DNA of 64,000 nucleotides from a bacterium (GTDB taxonomy: Bacteria; Calditrichota; Calditrichia; RBG-13-44-9; J042): assembly GCA_015485355.1 (NCBI GenBank), contig WFTQ01000035.1, forward strand, positions 19,572-83,571, written 5' to 3'. Positions 19,660 through 30,141 of the stretch are shown here, piece after piece. Under the pieces are notes generated by a model. That model made no database searches. It was given only the letters and a program-made list of their open reading frames with translations, and had not been told where the DNA came from. The position numbers and the translations under genes are program-made. Position 1 is the stretch's first letter. Every line of letters begins with the position of its first letter.

Positions 19660-22518
19660 TTAAAACTCCACCGAAAAACCGATCCGAATGTTGCGCGGTG
19701 CCCGGTAGCGAGCCGGATTCAAGGGATACGGTTCCGATATGGGATAAAACCGATCCGGATACAGAGGATCGTTCCAGCTTACCGGAACAGGATCGCCATA
19801 TTTATAGGCATCTCCGGTCACTGGGTTGATGATTTCCGGGCTCTTTTGATTCAACAAATTTCTCACTTCCACAATAAACACATATTTCATTCCCCAGAGT
19901 CGGAAATACTTGTTGAAGGTGAGGTCGACCCAGCTCCAGTATCGACCCACCTTGCTATAATATTTGGCCTGGTCTTTGATGGAAACATAGATGGGCCGTC
20001 CGTCTTCGGAACGGATATAGTCGAACACGGCAGGCGTGTAGCGGCGTCCGGCCTGGGCAAAAAAGCGTAAGTTTAAGTTCCAATCGCTGAACAACCGCAG
20101 CCCAAACAGGCTGGGACGCTGATCCCTTTCCACCCGGATGGACCAATTGGCCTGAAATTGCCAGGGGCGATCCCACCGGGCGTAAGTTTCTTTTATCGGC
20201 TGCTCATCTATGCTGCCCTGGGCCACCAGCAAGCCCACATCCGGGGAAGACGATTTGGTGGTGGTGATGGAATAACTGCCGGATACGTTTCCATAAAAAT
20301 ACTTGCCAATACGGGTCTTGTATTCGAATTCGATACCCCGCGAGCGGGCATAATCCAGGTTGACGTAAAATATGGCCGACCCCAGGCGGGGAATGCCCCG
20401 AATGGTGGTGGTTTGTACGTAATCATAAATATCAATGTAATAGGCCGTTATGCCAATCACATCATTTTCGGTGAATTTGTGGCGAATTCCCAACTCATAC
20501 TTCACACTGGTTTCCGGATTCAAATTCGGGTTGCCAAATTTCTGATAGGCAGACTTGGCGCGGGCCGGGCCCAGCTTGGCATACACAAACTGAGGCCGGG
20601 GCAATTTGGAAAAATGGCCGTAATTAAAATACAACATCTGATTGTTGGAAATGGGGAAGGATACGCCTATCCGCGGCATCAGACGCAGCTTGAAGCGGTG
20701 TCCCAGAAACTTAAAGGTTTGTTGCTTGTACTGTTTTCGCATGGCATCGGTTAACAGCACGTTAGGATCGTCTATGGCCCGATCCACAAATTTTCCCGGC
20801 ATCCAGTAATCCAGGCGCATTCCCGCGTTCACATAAAATCCTTTAAAGCGAATGTCGTCTTGAACGTAAACGGCGCCATCGGAAGGATACACTTTATAGA
20901 TATCCTGGCTGGAACCGAATCCCCCTTCAAGCCAGGGATCGATAATTTCGATGAGTTGCATCTCTTTGAAAGAGGCCTCAAAGCCCGCCTTTAATGTGTG
21001 AATCTCGCCGCGTACACTGGTAATATCCCCTTTGACGGTATACCAATCCACATAATGATCGTGCCAGACACTGGCATTGCCATAGTCATAGAAACCGTCT
21101 CCGGGGATCACGCGAATTTTGGTGGAATCCGAGCGGGGGGCAAAATATTCCACCGGCAAACGCGGTACGTCCCAGGCGCGCGTATATTCCCACCACATTT
21201 TGCCCTGCCAATCGCTGCGCAGCTGCGCAAAATATTTGCTGACTTTCAGCTCATAGAAGGTGGTGCTATTCAGGGTATGTTTCCAGTATAATCCGATCTG
21301 CTCGTTATCGTGAGTATAGGTGTTGAAGTTATCCAGGTTTTTGGAAAATTGATAGGGGAAACCCGGTCGAGGTTCGACATATTCCAGGGTGATTTGCAGC
21401 GAACGGGTATTCTGATTTACCGCCAGGCTGCGGCTGTAGGAATAGGTTAAGGTCCGGGTGGGATCAATTTTCCAGGTTAACTTAAACAATCCCGACCAGC
21501 TGTTGTTTTGCCGCGGGGCGAATGTGGTGCCGGTAAAAATCCGGCGACCGAACAGCGATAACCGCGGGGTAATGGATGAATACAGCTGCGAGGCGGTCGC
21601 ACGGGTAAAATCGTCCGAAACAAATGCGTATAAATTGGTAAAGAAATACATTTTACCCGGCAAGCGGAGGCCCAGAAAGGGTAAAACGCTGTTGGAGATG
21701 GGTTCCGGCCCCCCCAAGCTGAATTCGTACTGGTCGGAGTTAAAACTGAAGTCCATCCCCCGAAATAATCCGCCCAGATGGTCGGACTTGTACAGGAAGA
21801 ACCCTTCCAGCTTATCACCACCGGTTTTGGTTTTCACTTTAATAACCCCCGAGGTGGCCTGCCCATATTCCGCCTTAAACCCCCCGGTAATCACTTCGAA
21901 CTCTTCTATGGCATTGGCGGAAATGTTCAGTCCGAAACCGGTACCCGACAGAGGATCCTGCACCGAGATGCCGTCCAACAGATATTGGACCTCGTAACTG
22001 CGGCCTCCGCGGATATGGATAGCATCATCCTGCCGGACAATTCCCACCTGTTGTTCCACCAGCTCCAGGGCATCATTGACGATTCGATTCTGGATTTCGG
22101 TGCTGCTTAAAGCGCGAACCGTACTGGTTTCTTCGATATCCATGAGGGGTTTCGCACCAATGACTTCAATCTCCTCGCCCAGAGCCAGTGCCGAAGGCTG
22201 CATCTCGAAATTCAGGGTTACGGTTTGTCCCGGCTCCACCCGTACCCCGGTGCGCTGGATAATCTTGTAGCCGATGTAACTCACCTCCAGGGTGTATTCA
22301 CCGGGCTCTATATCGGTGATGATATAGGTACCATCCATATCGGTGGAGGCGCCGTAATACGTACCTTTGATGATGATGTTCACCCCGATGAGGGGTTCAC
22401 CGGTCTCTTTGTCTCGAATGACGCCGCGGATCGTAGCGGTCCCCTGGGCGACAGCCGACTGAATCAATCCGGTAAGGATCAACCCGAATGCCAGTAGATG
22501 GAATCTTCTTTTCATCGC
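19660..22518 (-). CDS. TonB-dependent outer-membrane receptor with an N-terminal carboxypeptidase-regulatory-like domain (SusC/RagA-like)
   Basis: About 950 aa. Signal peptide, CarbopepD_reg-like domain (TIRGVIRDKETGEPLIGVNIII…YTL), plug, and a beta-barrel ending in an aromatic residue. No SusD partner. Confidence 0.8.
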   Translation of the reverse strand, partial: AMKRRFHLLAFGLILTGLIQSAVAQGTATIRGVIRDKETGEPLIGVNIIIKGTYYGASTDMDGTYIITDIEPGEYTLEVSYIGYKIIQRTGVRVEPGQTVTLNFEMQPSALALGEEIEVIGAKPLMDIEETSTVRALSSTEIQNRIVNDALELVEQQVGIVRQDDAIHIRGGRSYEVQYLLDGISVQDPLSGTGFGLNISANAIEEFEVITGGFKAEYGQATSGVIKVKTKTGGDKLEGFFLYKSDHLGGLFRGMDFSFNSDQYEFSLGGPEPISNSVLPFLGLRLPGKMYFFTNLYAFVSDDFTRATASQLYSSITPRLSLFGRRIFTGTTFAPRQNNSWSGLFKLTWKIDPTRTLTYSYSRSLAVNQNTRSLQITLEYVEPRPGFPYQFSKNLDNFNTYTHDNEQIGLYWKHTLNSTTFYELKVSKYFAQLRSDWQGKMWWEYTRAWDVPRLPVEYFAPRSDSTKIRVIPGDGFYDYGNASVWHDHYVDWYTVKGDITSVRGEIHTLKAGFEASFKEMQLIEIIDPWLEGGFGSSQDIYKVYPSDGAVYVQDDIRFKGFYVNAGMRLDYWMPGKFVDRAIDDPNVLLTDAMRKQYKQQTFKFLGHRFKLRLMPRIGVSFPISNNQMLYFNYGHFSKLPRPQFVYAKLGPARAKSAYQKFGNPNLNPETSVKYELGIRHKFTENDVIGITAYYIDIYDYVQTTTIRGIPRLGSAIFYVNLDYARSRGIEFEYKTRIGKYFYGNVSGSYSITTTKSSSPDVGLLVAQGSIDEQPIKETYARWDRPWQFQANWSIRVERDQRPSLFGLRLFSDWNLNLRFFAQAGRRYTPAVFDYIRSEDGRPIYVSIKDQAKYYSKVGRYWSWVDLTFNKYFRLWGMKYVFIVEVRNLLNQKSPEIINPVTGDAYKYGDPVPVSWNDPLYPDRFYPISEPYPLNPARYRAPRNIRIGFSVEF

Positions 22519-22522
22519 CTCA

Positions 22523-23965
22523 TCACGGTTTAAATAAGTCCCTGAACACAATTCGGAAAAAATCATTTAGATTGTTGTTGCCTTGCAAATAATGTAAGGG
22601 CGTTCCCGAGAACACAAAGTCATATTCCCCCGTGTTGTCATTGCGGCCCACCAGGATAAAAATGGGATCATCGGTTCCTTTGGGATCATCGTACCGGTAC
22701 ATGGGTATCGAAGTCGCCTTCGGAATCAGAGAGATTAATCCCAGAATAAACTTGGACACCTTCAGCGTGGGTAAGGGCGGCAGATCCGGAAAGGCGTTAC
22801 TGAAGGCCGAATCGGGATAATAAATTTTGCCCGTGGTGATGATGTTATAAAACTTACCCAGAGAATCCACCGGGGCAAAAGCCATGGGATTGCCCTGTCC
22901 ACCAAATCCCTGATTAAACTGCACCGTGTAAATAATTTTACCTCCCTTGGCGCGGAACTCCGGGATGGCCACCTGGGCGGCAACAAAATGATCATCGCTT
23001 TCGGTGATCAGGTCCGAATACCACAAAACCCGATCAAACAGTTTGAGCGTTTCCACGAATTGGGTCCGCGACACCGGGAAGCTGGCTTCAATGTTCCAAT
23101 AGGAGTAGCTTTCTTGCAGTTCTCCCAACACTTCATTCATCATGGATTTGTAATAGCGGTCCGGGAAACCGGTGGTACTGGACTCCACATTAAAGTCATC
23201 GATCAAGAGATATCGTCCCTCCGGTTCTTTAACATACCAGAACCGGTCTTCCTGTTCGGGCATGCGGATGACAGGGCTCACCGCCCCGGCGATATCCACC
23301 GCCCGGATGTAAAAAGCATGGTTGCCTTCGGTCAAACCGCTATCGGCGTTCAGGGTAAGGGTTCGCCGATAACCGGGGATTCGACGCCAGGGGCCTGTGG
23401 TATCGTCCAACACATATTCAAAATAGGCGATGGTGGAATCCCCATCCAGATCCCCCGCCGTCCATACAAACGTGGTAACGGTGAATGTGGTATCCGGTAT
23501 TTTGCTGGAAGCCGTCCAGCTTATGCTGGGTGGACTGTTTTTAATGGGAAACCGCTGGCGGGCCGGGGTGGGATCCTCCAGCCCCTCGTTATCCACTGCT
23601 TTTACCTGAAACACATACATAGTATCGGCGGAACGGATCTCCAGAGGAAATACACCCGACCGTTTTTCAGTGAATTCCCAATCCCCGGGCTCCGGATCGG
23701 CTTTCCAGGTATAATAAAATCCCACCACGAATCCGTCCGGGTCTCGACCGTCCCAATAGATTTTTTGAACGCTTCGAGTGGCATTCAAGGTGTCGGTACT
23801 CTGAATGAAGATCTCTGTTTCGGGGGGTTGATTGGGGAAATAATCCCCCGTGACGGGCGGCTGCTCACACGACCACACTCCCAACAATCCGACCCAAACC
23901 CCAACCAGCCACTTCCAACCATTGCTCCTAAAGCGTCTGCACGACACACCGGTTCGTACCCTCAT
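22523..23965 (-). CDS. lipoprotein of unknown function, in an operon upstream of the TonB-dependent receptor
   Basis: 480 aa. Signal plus lipobox (GVWSC). No family recognised. Confidence 0.5.
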   Translation of the reverse strand: MRVRTGVSCRRFRSNGWKWLVGVWVGLLGVWSCEQPPVTGDYFPNQPPETEIFIQSTDTLNATRSVQKIYWDGRDPDGFVVGFYYTWKADPEPGDWEFTEKRSGVFPLEIRSADTMYVFQVKAVDNEGLEDPTPARQRFPIKNSPPSISWTASSKIPDTTFTVTTFVWTAGDLDGDSTIAYFEYVLDDTTGPWRRIPGYRRTLTLNADSGLTEGNHAFYIRAVDIAGAVSPVIRMPEQEDRFWYVKEPEGRYLLIDDFNVESSTTGFPDRYYKSMMNEVLGELQESYSYWNIEASFPVSRTQFVETLKLFDRVLWYSDLITESDDHFVAAQVAIPEFRAKGGKIIYTVQFNQGFGGQGNPMAFAPVDSLGKFYNIITTGKIYYPDSAFSNAFPDLPPLPTLKVSKFILGLISLIPKATSIPMYRYDDPKGTDDPIFILVGRNDNTGEYDFVFSGTPLHYLQGNNNLNDFFRIVFRDLFKP

Positions 23966-24081
23966 TCCCCTTACCCGTGTTTATCCGTGTGGTTTATGCT
24001 CCCTAACCGATTGCCTCGAACGTCCCGTTTTACCGATTGGGGACCACCCCGGGAGGATAGTCCCCAATCCAACACTTCCTA

Positions 24082-26097
24082 CTATTTCAAAAGAATCATC
24101 TTGCGAGTCAGCTGTACGTCTTTGCCCTTCAAGGTGTAGAAATAGATTCCGGAGCTAACGGGATTACCGGCTTCATCCACACCGTTCCAGGTAGCTGTAT
24201 ACCGACCCGCGGGCAGATATCCGTTAAACAGCGTTTTTACTCGTTGTCCCAGCACATTAAAGACGATCACTTCATATTTACCGGCGCGAGCCACCGAGTA
24301 CTGGATGCGGGTGCTCGGGTTAAAGGGATTCGGATAGTTCTGGGACAGAGAGAAGGTTTCGGCAATCGATGGATCGGCATCGTCGATGGAGGTGACATGA
24401 CCGACGACGTCGTTGCTATCCCGCGGGATCAACTTGTAATTACCGAAGCTGTAATATCCCAGCGCGATCAACTTCTGGATGGTATCCCCTTCTTTGAAGG
24501 TGGAGTCGCTATTGCCCTCAAAAGCCATGGAGTAATCGTCCACCCGAACGCCACCGGTTCCATCGTCAACCACAAATTCACCAAAGTTGCGGGGAGCATC
24601 GGGGAAGGGGTCGGTAACCGCAACGTTTTCCACCTGAATCAATACACTTTCGTAGGCCTCGGCATTCTCTCCGCCGGTGGCCACTTCTCCGGTGGTCACG
24701 GTGACCGGGGTCGGCACCCCCACCCCAGCGGTGACGACATTGACACTGGTAACATCGGAAAGGCGCGTTACACCAAAATACTCTTGCACCGTTCCGGTGA
24801 CTTCTACCAGATCGCCCTCGGCCACGGTATGGACCGGATCGTACACCTGAATGCCATACCAGGCACTATCCTTTTCCTGAATATAGTAGCGATTGTAGAA
24901 GTTGGTGGAGTCTGTGGTCACCACTCCGCGAACCGTTACTTCATAGCCTTCGTATCCGGAGGCATCCAGCGCATATCCCCAGTTGTACTGCAGATCTTTG
25001 ATGGTCACCCCCTGATCCCGGACCACGTAAAAATAGATGCTTCCGGATGCCATGGAAGTATCGCCGGGCATCTGGCTGAAATCGCCTTCATTGTCCACGG
25101 CGGTAATAAAATAGCGCACCAGGGCGCCGTCGGCCTGAGCCGGGATATCGGCCGAAAAGGTATCGGCATTGGCCGTCATGGCAACGGATTGAAAATCTCC
25201 CCAATTGACGCTGTACCAGAGCTGGGCCTGGTCCACGGTGCCATTATCGGTAATCACTGCGCTGACGCTCACGGCATCCTGAGAAGTGGGGGCTGCAGGC
25301 GTTCGCACCACATCGGAAATCACCGGCGGATTGCTCAGGATTTCCAAATCCGCATCGGTGCGCGGATTGACGGAAAAACCCGCCGGTTCATCCCGGATAA
25401 ACCCGTTCACATTTAAACGGGTACCCGCTACCGGCCACATGTAGGTGCCCCCCAACAATCGATCCCGGAACCAATTGAAATATTCTCCCATGTAGGTTAA
25501 ACCACCGCTGGCGTCGGTGATACTGGCCCAGTTACCCGGCACGTTATTGTTGACCACGGAGGCGTTTTCTATCCGCACCCACATGCTTTCCCACTGCTCC
25601 GCCGAGGCCTTGGTTTCCAGGTCCGCAGCGGTTAACACCACCGGATTGGGGAAAGGATTATCGGTGGATACGACTTCAATGGGTATGGGGGGATTGGTAA
25701 TCAGAGCAATTTGAGAAAATCCGTTATATTCGTCCACCACCCCGGTAAAATAACAAATCCAGCCCGGTTCCACGAATTGGAAGGCGGTCTCCGTGACAAA
25801 CGTATCGTGCTGAATCACAAAGAAGCCGCTCCAGGGATTAGGAAAGCTGTCGGGATCCACAATGTAGACCGCCCAGCGTGCTCCCACCCATAAATCCCGG
25901 GGATAGGTCATGACCTGCCCCTTCACCACGACGGTGTCTCCAAACCTCGGGGATTGGTCATTCGTTGCTGGATCCGGCACAAACTGCAACTCGTAAATGC
26001 TGACGGTGTCGTACGGGGCCGGATTCAACGCCCAGGCAGATGCCATCAACAGCATCACCAGCAATACGCCCATTAAAGTTGTCACTCTGAATCCCAT
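24082..26097 (-). CDS. T9SS type-A sorting-domain cargo protein of unknown function
   Basis: 671 aa. Signal peptide. C-terminus LSQNYPNPFNPSTRIQYSV…GIYFYTLKGKD…RKMILLK is a type-A T9SS CTD. The body has two repeated modules (…IYELQF…GDTVVVKGQV…; …IKDLQY…VTVRGVVT…YIQ…) and a middle Ig-like region, with no catalytic motif. Confidence 0.75.
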   Translation of the reverse strand: MGFRVTTLMGVLLVMLLMASAWALNPAPYDTVSIYELQFVPDPATNDQSPRFGDTVVVKGQVMTYPRDLWVGARWAVYIVDPDSFPNPWSGFFVIQHDTFVTETAFQFVEPGWICYFTGVVDEYNGFSQIALITNPPIPIEVVSTDNPFPNPVVLTAADLETKASAEQWESMWVRIENASVVNNNVPGNWASITDASGGLTYMGEYFNWFRDRLLGGTYMWPVAGTRLNVNGFIRDEPAGFSVNPRTDADLEILSNPPVISDVVRTPAAPTSQDAVSVSAVITDNGTVDQAQLWYSVNWGDFQSVAMTANADTFSADIPAQADGALVRYFITAVDNEGDFSQMPGDTSMASGSIYFYVVRDQGVTIKDLQYNWGYALDASGYEGYEVTVRGVVTTDSTNFYNRYYIQEKDSAWYGIQVYDPVHTVAEGDLVEVTGTVQEYFGVTRLSDVTSVNVVTAGVGVPTPVTVTTGEVATGGENAEAYESVLIQVENVAVTDPFPDAPRNFGEFVVDDGTGGVRVDDYSMAFEGNSDSTFKEGDTIQKLIALGYYSFGNYKLIPRDSNDVVGHVTSIDDADPSIAETFSLSQNYPNPFNPSTRIQYSVARAGKYEVIVFNVLGQRVKTLFNGYLPAGRYTATWNGVDEAGNPVSSGIYFYTLKGKDVQLTRKMILLK

Positions 26098-26146
26098 GGT
26101 ACCTCCTCCAATTTAAGTTAGGGTTATTGATTATTTAATTGAGGAG

Positions 26147-28285
26147 CTATTTAATAACCACAAACTTTCCCCGATAAACCTCGCCCGTATCCAGGTCTTT
26201 CACGGTAAACAGATACAATCCTGTGGCAATGGCCTGATCGTACTGGGTCACCAGATCCCAGGCATGTTCCCCACCGGGGAAAATGGTATTCCCCTGAGAA
26301 AAACTTTCGTACCATTTGATATCCATTCCCCGATAAGTATCGCCCCGGTGAATAAAGCTATCGACCAGGTCCCCTGCCAGGGTATAAATGCGAACCTCGC
26401 AGTTTCGGGGGAGGTTGTAAAAATACAACTTCCGTTCCCGTTCCTGGGTACCGTCCCACAGGGCATTTACCCGATAGGGATTGGGGTATACCCCCACTTT
26501 TAAAGGCTGATTCCGTTGTCGGGGGGGCGTACCGGGACTCACAATGGCCACATTCTTTAAGCGGCTGCTCTCCAGGCTCTGAAGTCTTAATTTCTCGTCC
26601 CCCCGATCAAAGGCCGTCACGGCAAAGGCGTACTGCCATCCATTGTGCAATCCGGTTATTTCGTACCGGTAATAATACTCCACCGTGTCCGGCTCACCGG
26701 TTTCGGGGTTCTGAGTAATCTCGACAATGGGCTCGTCCAGTCGAATTTCGTCCAGCCCCGTATCGTAGAAAACCCCATCCACAATATCAAATTCCCGTAC
26801 CAGTTGCATGCCTTCAAAAATCCCCCTGGGCGTGCGATCGTCCCCCAGAAAAGAGCGGTAAATTCGATATCCCTCAAAATCCTTTTCCTTGGAGATCAGG
26901 TCAATGGATTCCTCGGCGGTTCGATCCCACAACAGGGTCACCTTTTGATGGCCGGGAACGGCCTTGAAACGGGGGGAAAGGGGTGGAGTCGGTAGCACAA
27001 ACCGATCTAATTTGCCGTTGCCGTTAACATCTTCGGTGGAGTCGGTGCCGGCGTAATCCAGTTTGCCGTTTCGATTCGTGTCTTCTCCATAAAAGGCCCT
27101 TAACGCCCAGGACACATTTTCGAATAAGTTGCGTTTGGCAAAATCATCGTCAATAGTGGAAGGATTAAAACCGTACTTCTTGGCACAGACAATGGCGAAC
27201 ACGACGTTAATGGAGGAATCGGGGGCAATGTGTTCAAAGGGGCCGGTGGAGATGAGCGCCATCCGGTTGCCCGGGGTTTGATAAATATTGTCGTAAAAAT
27301 ATCGTTGATCAATCGAGTTTTTCATCCGCTCGTAGCGGCTGGCTTCATCGGCGGGTGGCCGATCGAACTCATTGTCGCCTCCGGAAAAAAGCCAAAAATT
27401 ATAAGTGGTCCGCCCCTTGTACAAACTATCGTCCTTCTGAGGATCGGCCCCCATCAGGGCCATGGCGACGTAGCTATCGGTGTAGCCCGGATCCCCATCA
27501 TAATCGTAAGCATACACAAATTTCATGGTGTCGGTATCCACAAACCCATTCCCCACGTGCATGTAAAACGGGGCCCCAACCCGGGGAGGCGTGATATTGA
27601 TGTTTCGCACGACCAAATCCGCCCAGAGACCCACATATACATTCTTTAAGGTATCCTTAAAATCGGCATATCCCACATTTGTTATGGTATAGTTAAAAAT
27701 CACGAAGGCATCGGCAAAAGGGAAATTCCAGGCATAGGTTTCCAGATGTACCGCTATGCCCAATGGGGTGTGATTGGGTATGGGAATGGAAGTCCCCGGA
27801 ACAAAGCGATTGGTATCCACAAAATTGATGATAAAATCCTGATGACTGATTGCCCGAGGATCGTAATACTTGCTCTCTTCCAGGGATGAACGTTCGATGA
27901 TAATGTCCGTGGGATCATCCGAATTGGTGAATTCGAAATTCAAAGCTCCACCGGACTGAATCCTGGCACTGTTAAACGCTCCGGTTGTCACTCGAATTCC
28001 CTGGGGGGTTTCCGCCCCGACCCAAAGTCCCCCATCAAACATATGCTCTATACCCGAGCCCCGGGGATATTCGCAAGAAGGGAAATCGATCGGCGTTTGC
28101 TGAACAAAGCCATCCCCGAAAGTTCCATAGTTGGACACCGTCAAACCGATATTACCGACAGAGGTGAATCGCTGATCGTCCACGGTGATTTTAAGTAATT
28201 GAGGGGGGAGTTGCTTATCCTGGGAAGGCCCCGTAGCAGCAACCATCAGGATAATACCAAGTATGCGAAGCCTCATCATGAGCAT
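26147..28285 (-). CDS. secreted protein with a T9SS-type C-terminal domain and a Ca-binding DxNxNG repeat; function unknown
   Basis: 712 aa. Signal peptide. DTNRNGKLDYAGTDSTEDVNGNGKLD (dockerin/EF-hand-like). C-terminus VGVYPNPY…GLYLFTVKDL…GKFVVIK is CTD-like. Confidence 0.65.
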   Translation of the reverse strand: MLMMRLRILGIILMVAATGPSQDKQLPPQLLKITVDDQRFTSVGNIGLTVSNYGTFGDGFVQQTPIDFPSCEYPRGSGIEHMFDGGLWVGAETPQGIRVTTGAFNSARIQSGGALNFEFTNSDDPTDIIIERSSLEESKYYDPRAISHQDFIINFVDTNRFVPGTSIPIPNHTPLGIAVHLETYAWNFPFADAFVIFNYTITNVGYADFKDTLKNVYVGLWADLVVRNINITPPRVGAPFYMHVGNGFVDTDTMKFVYAYDYDGDPGYTDSYVAMALMGADPQKDDSLYKGRTTYNFWLFSGGDNEFDRPPADEASRYERMKNSIDQRYFYDNIYQTPGNRMALISTGPFEHIAPDSSINVVFAIVCAKKYGFNPSTIDDDFAKRNLFENVSWALRAFYGEDTNRNGKLDYAGTDSTEDVNGNGKLDRFVLPTPPLSPRFKAVPGHQKVTLLWDRTAEESIDLISKEKDFEGYRIYRSFLGDDRTPRGIFEGMQLVREFDIVDGVFYDTGLDEIRLDEPIVEITQNPETGEPDTVEYYYRYEITGLHNGWQYAFAVTAFDRGDEKLRLQSLESSRLKNVAIVSPGTPPRQRNQPLKVGVYPNPYRVNALWDGTQERERKLYFYNLPRNCEVRIYTLAGDLVDSFIHRGDTYRGMDIKWYESFSQGNTIFPGGEHAWDLVTQYDQAIATGLYLFTVKDLDTGEVYRGKFVVIK

Positions 28286-28567
28286 TACCGGAATTTAATT
28301 GCCGTCGTATTTAGAAGATCCATGACAGATAAATTACCCGCTATAAGAAAATAGCGGGGCGACTTTTGGCCATTCAAACCCTTTCAATGCTTCGTTAATA
28401 TATATGAACAAAGCCGAAGTTGCAAGACTTATCCCAAGTTCTCCCCAACTTTAGTAAAATTTTACCCTTCAGTAAACCATTCCCGGACATGTTGCAAAAA
28501 AGCATGAAACCGAAACCCTGAGGTAAATCAAGGCGTTAATTACTATAAGTCAATTTAGGGGGGCAAC

Positions 28568-29809
28568 ATGAAACCTTTTTTTGGTCTTCTTTCGGTACTC
28601 TTTTTTTCCGCATGGCTCTTCTTCCAGTGCGATAATACCCCAATGGATTCTCAATGGCAACCACCTCAACCCTCACGCACACTGACCCAAACGGAAATGC
28701 AACTGGGTCAGGCCTCAAATGCCTTTGGTATCCAGCTCTTTCAATTGCTCACGATGGAGAAGCTATCCGAAGGGGAAAATATCTTTGTTTCTCCTCTGAG
28801 CATCTCCCTGGCCTTGTCCCTGGCATTGAATGGGGCAAACGGAAGCACGTTTGAAGCCATTCGCAGCACTTTAAAATTGGAAGACATGACTCTGCAAGAA
28901 ATCAATACCAGCTATTCCAGCCTGATCGACCTCCTGATGCGGGTCGATCCCACGGTGATGCTCCAAATTGCCAATGGATTATTTTTCCATCAGGAGTTTC
29001 GGGTGAAAGAGCCGTTCATCCGGACACTGAAAAAGTATTATGCAGCCGAGGTACAGGCAATGAATTTTGGATCGCCCCTGGCTGTACAAATCATTAATAA
29101 CTGGATCAATACCCGGACCAACGGCTTGATTCCGGTTGCGATCAACCGGATTCGATCCGATGAGGTGCTGTTTTTAATCAATGCCATCTATTTTAAGGGT
29201 AACTGGACCCACGCTTTTGATCCGGAACGCACCGCCGACTCACCGTTTTTTCTGATGGATGGCCGGGACGTCATGGTTCCCACCATGTACCGAAAGGCAG
29301 TCCTGGGCTATTTGAACACCCCTCTGGGCCGGGTCATTGACTTACCCTATGGCAACAAACGGTTTAGCATGACCATCTTTCTTCCCCACGCCACCGTCTC
29401 CCTGCGGGACGTTCTCCCACAACTTTCTCTGGAAAAATGGTATACCTTTTTTGAGCGGCTGGACAGTGTTCAGATGGAATTGTTCCTGCCAAAATTCACC
29501 TCTAAATATTCCATAAACCTGAACACCCTGCTGACGGCCATGGGCATGGAAGTCGCTTTCAATCCGAATAAGGCGGATTTTTCGGGCATTTCGAATCAAA
29601 AGGTCGTCCTAACGAGAGTTAACCACACGTCTTTTATACAGGTGGATGAAAAGGGCACCGAGGCGGCGGGCGTGACGGCTATCGGAATCGGCATCGTTAG
29701 TCAACCGCCCGTGGTGCGGGTGAACAGACCGTTCGTCTTCCTGATTCGGGAAACCACTTCGAACACCATTCTGTTTATGGGAGTTGTGTTGAATCCCGCC
29801 CGGTCGTGA
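28568..29809 (+). CDS. serpin (serine protease inhibitor) lipoprotein
   Basis: 413 aa. Signal plus lipobox (LFFQC). Serpin hallmarks NAIYFKGNW and the hinge/C-terminal …FIQVDEKGTEAAGVTA…VNRPFVFLIRE. Confidence 0.85.
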   Translation: MKPFFGLLSVLFFSAWLFFQCDNTPMDSQWQPPQPSRTLTQTEMQLGQASNAFGIQLFQLLTMEKLSEGENIFVSPLSISLALSLALNGANGSTFEAIRSTLKLEDMTLQEINTSYSSLIDLLMRVDPTVMLQIANGLFFHQEFRVKEPFIRTLKKYYAAEVQAMNFGSPLAVQIINNWINTRTNGLIPVAINRIRSDEVLFLINAIYFKGNWTHAFDPERTADSPFFLMDGRDVMVPTMYRKAVLGYLNTPLGRVIDLPYGNKRFSMTIFLPHATVSLRDVLPQLSLEKWYTFFERLDSVQMELFLPKFTSKYSINLNTLLTAMGMEVAFNPNKADFSGISNQKVVLTRVNHTSFIQVDEKGTEAAGVTAIGIGIVSQPPVVRVNRPFVFLIRETTSNTILFMGVVLNPARS

Positions 29810-30141
29810 CCGCTGGTGGGAACACAGCTGCATACCGTTGACCGGCACCATTTTTCTTTACCTTCAGAGGTACAACCGACGATCTTTCCCGGACGGCGGG
29901 CATGCCTTGGTCATACAGCCTGAGGGCACGAAACCCCGTCTTTTAACAAAACCCGATACACGAAAGCCGACGCCAGGGCCTCCCAGGCGGATGAGGCCCC
30001 GGCAATCAATGCATATCCAACCTTTAGACTCCCCCCCAACCCCCTGCGGAAGTTTCCATAGGGACAGCATTTTTTTGCTGTATTGCAGGATTCCCGGGAA
30101 AGTCGTATAATTGCCCAGGAAAGAAACAGAGGAGAAAGGGA

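Noticed and set aside
22988-24139. 383-aa plus-strand ORF
   Set aside because: Antisense shadow of the 480-aa lipoprotein gene, with no motifs.
24244-25416. 390-aa plus-strand ORF
   Set aside because: Antisense shadow of the T9SS cargo gene. Gly/His-rich and low complexity.
28320-28345. Hairpin CCCGCUAU-aagaaa-AUAGCGGG between the divergent T9SS cargo and serpin genes
   Set aside because: It lies upstream of both genes and has no adjacent U-run, so it is not a terminator. It may be an operator or incidental, and there is not enough evidence for a feature.
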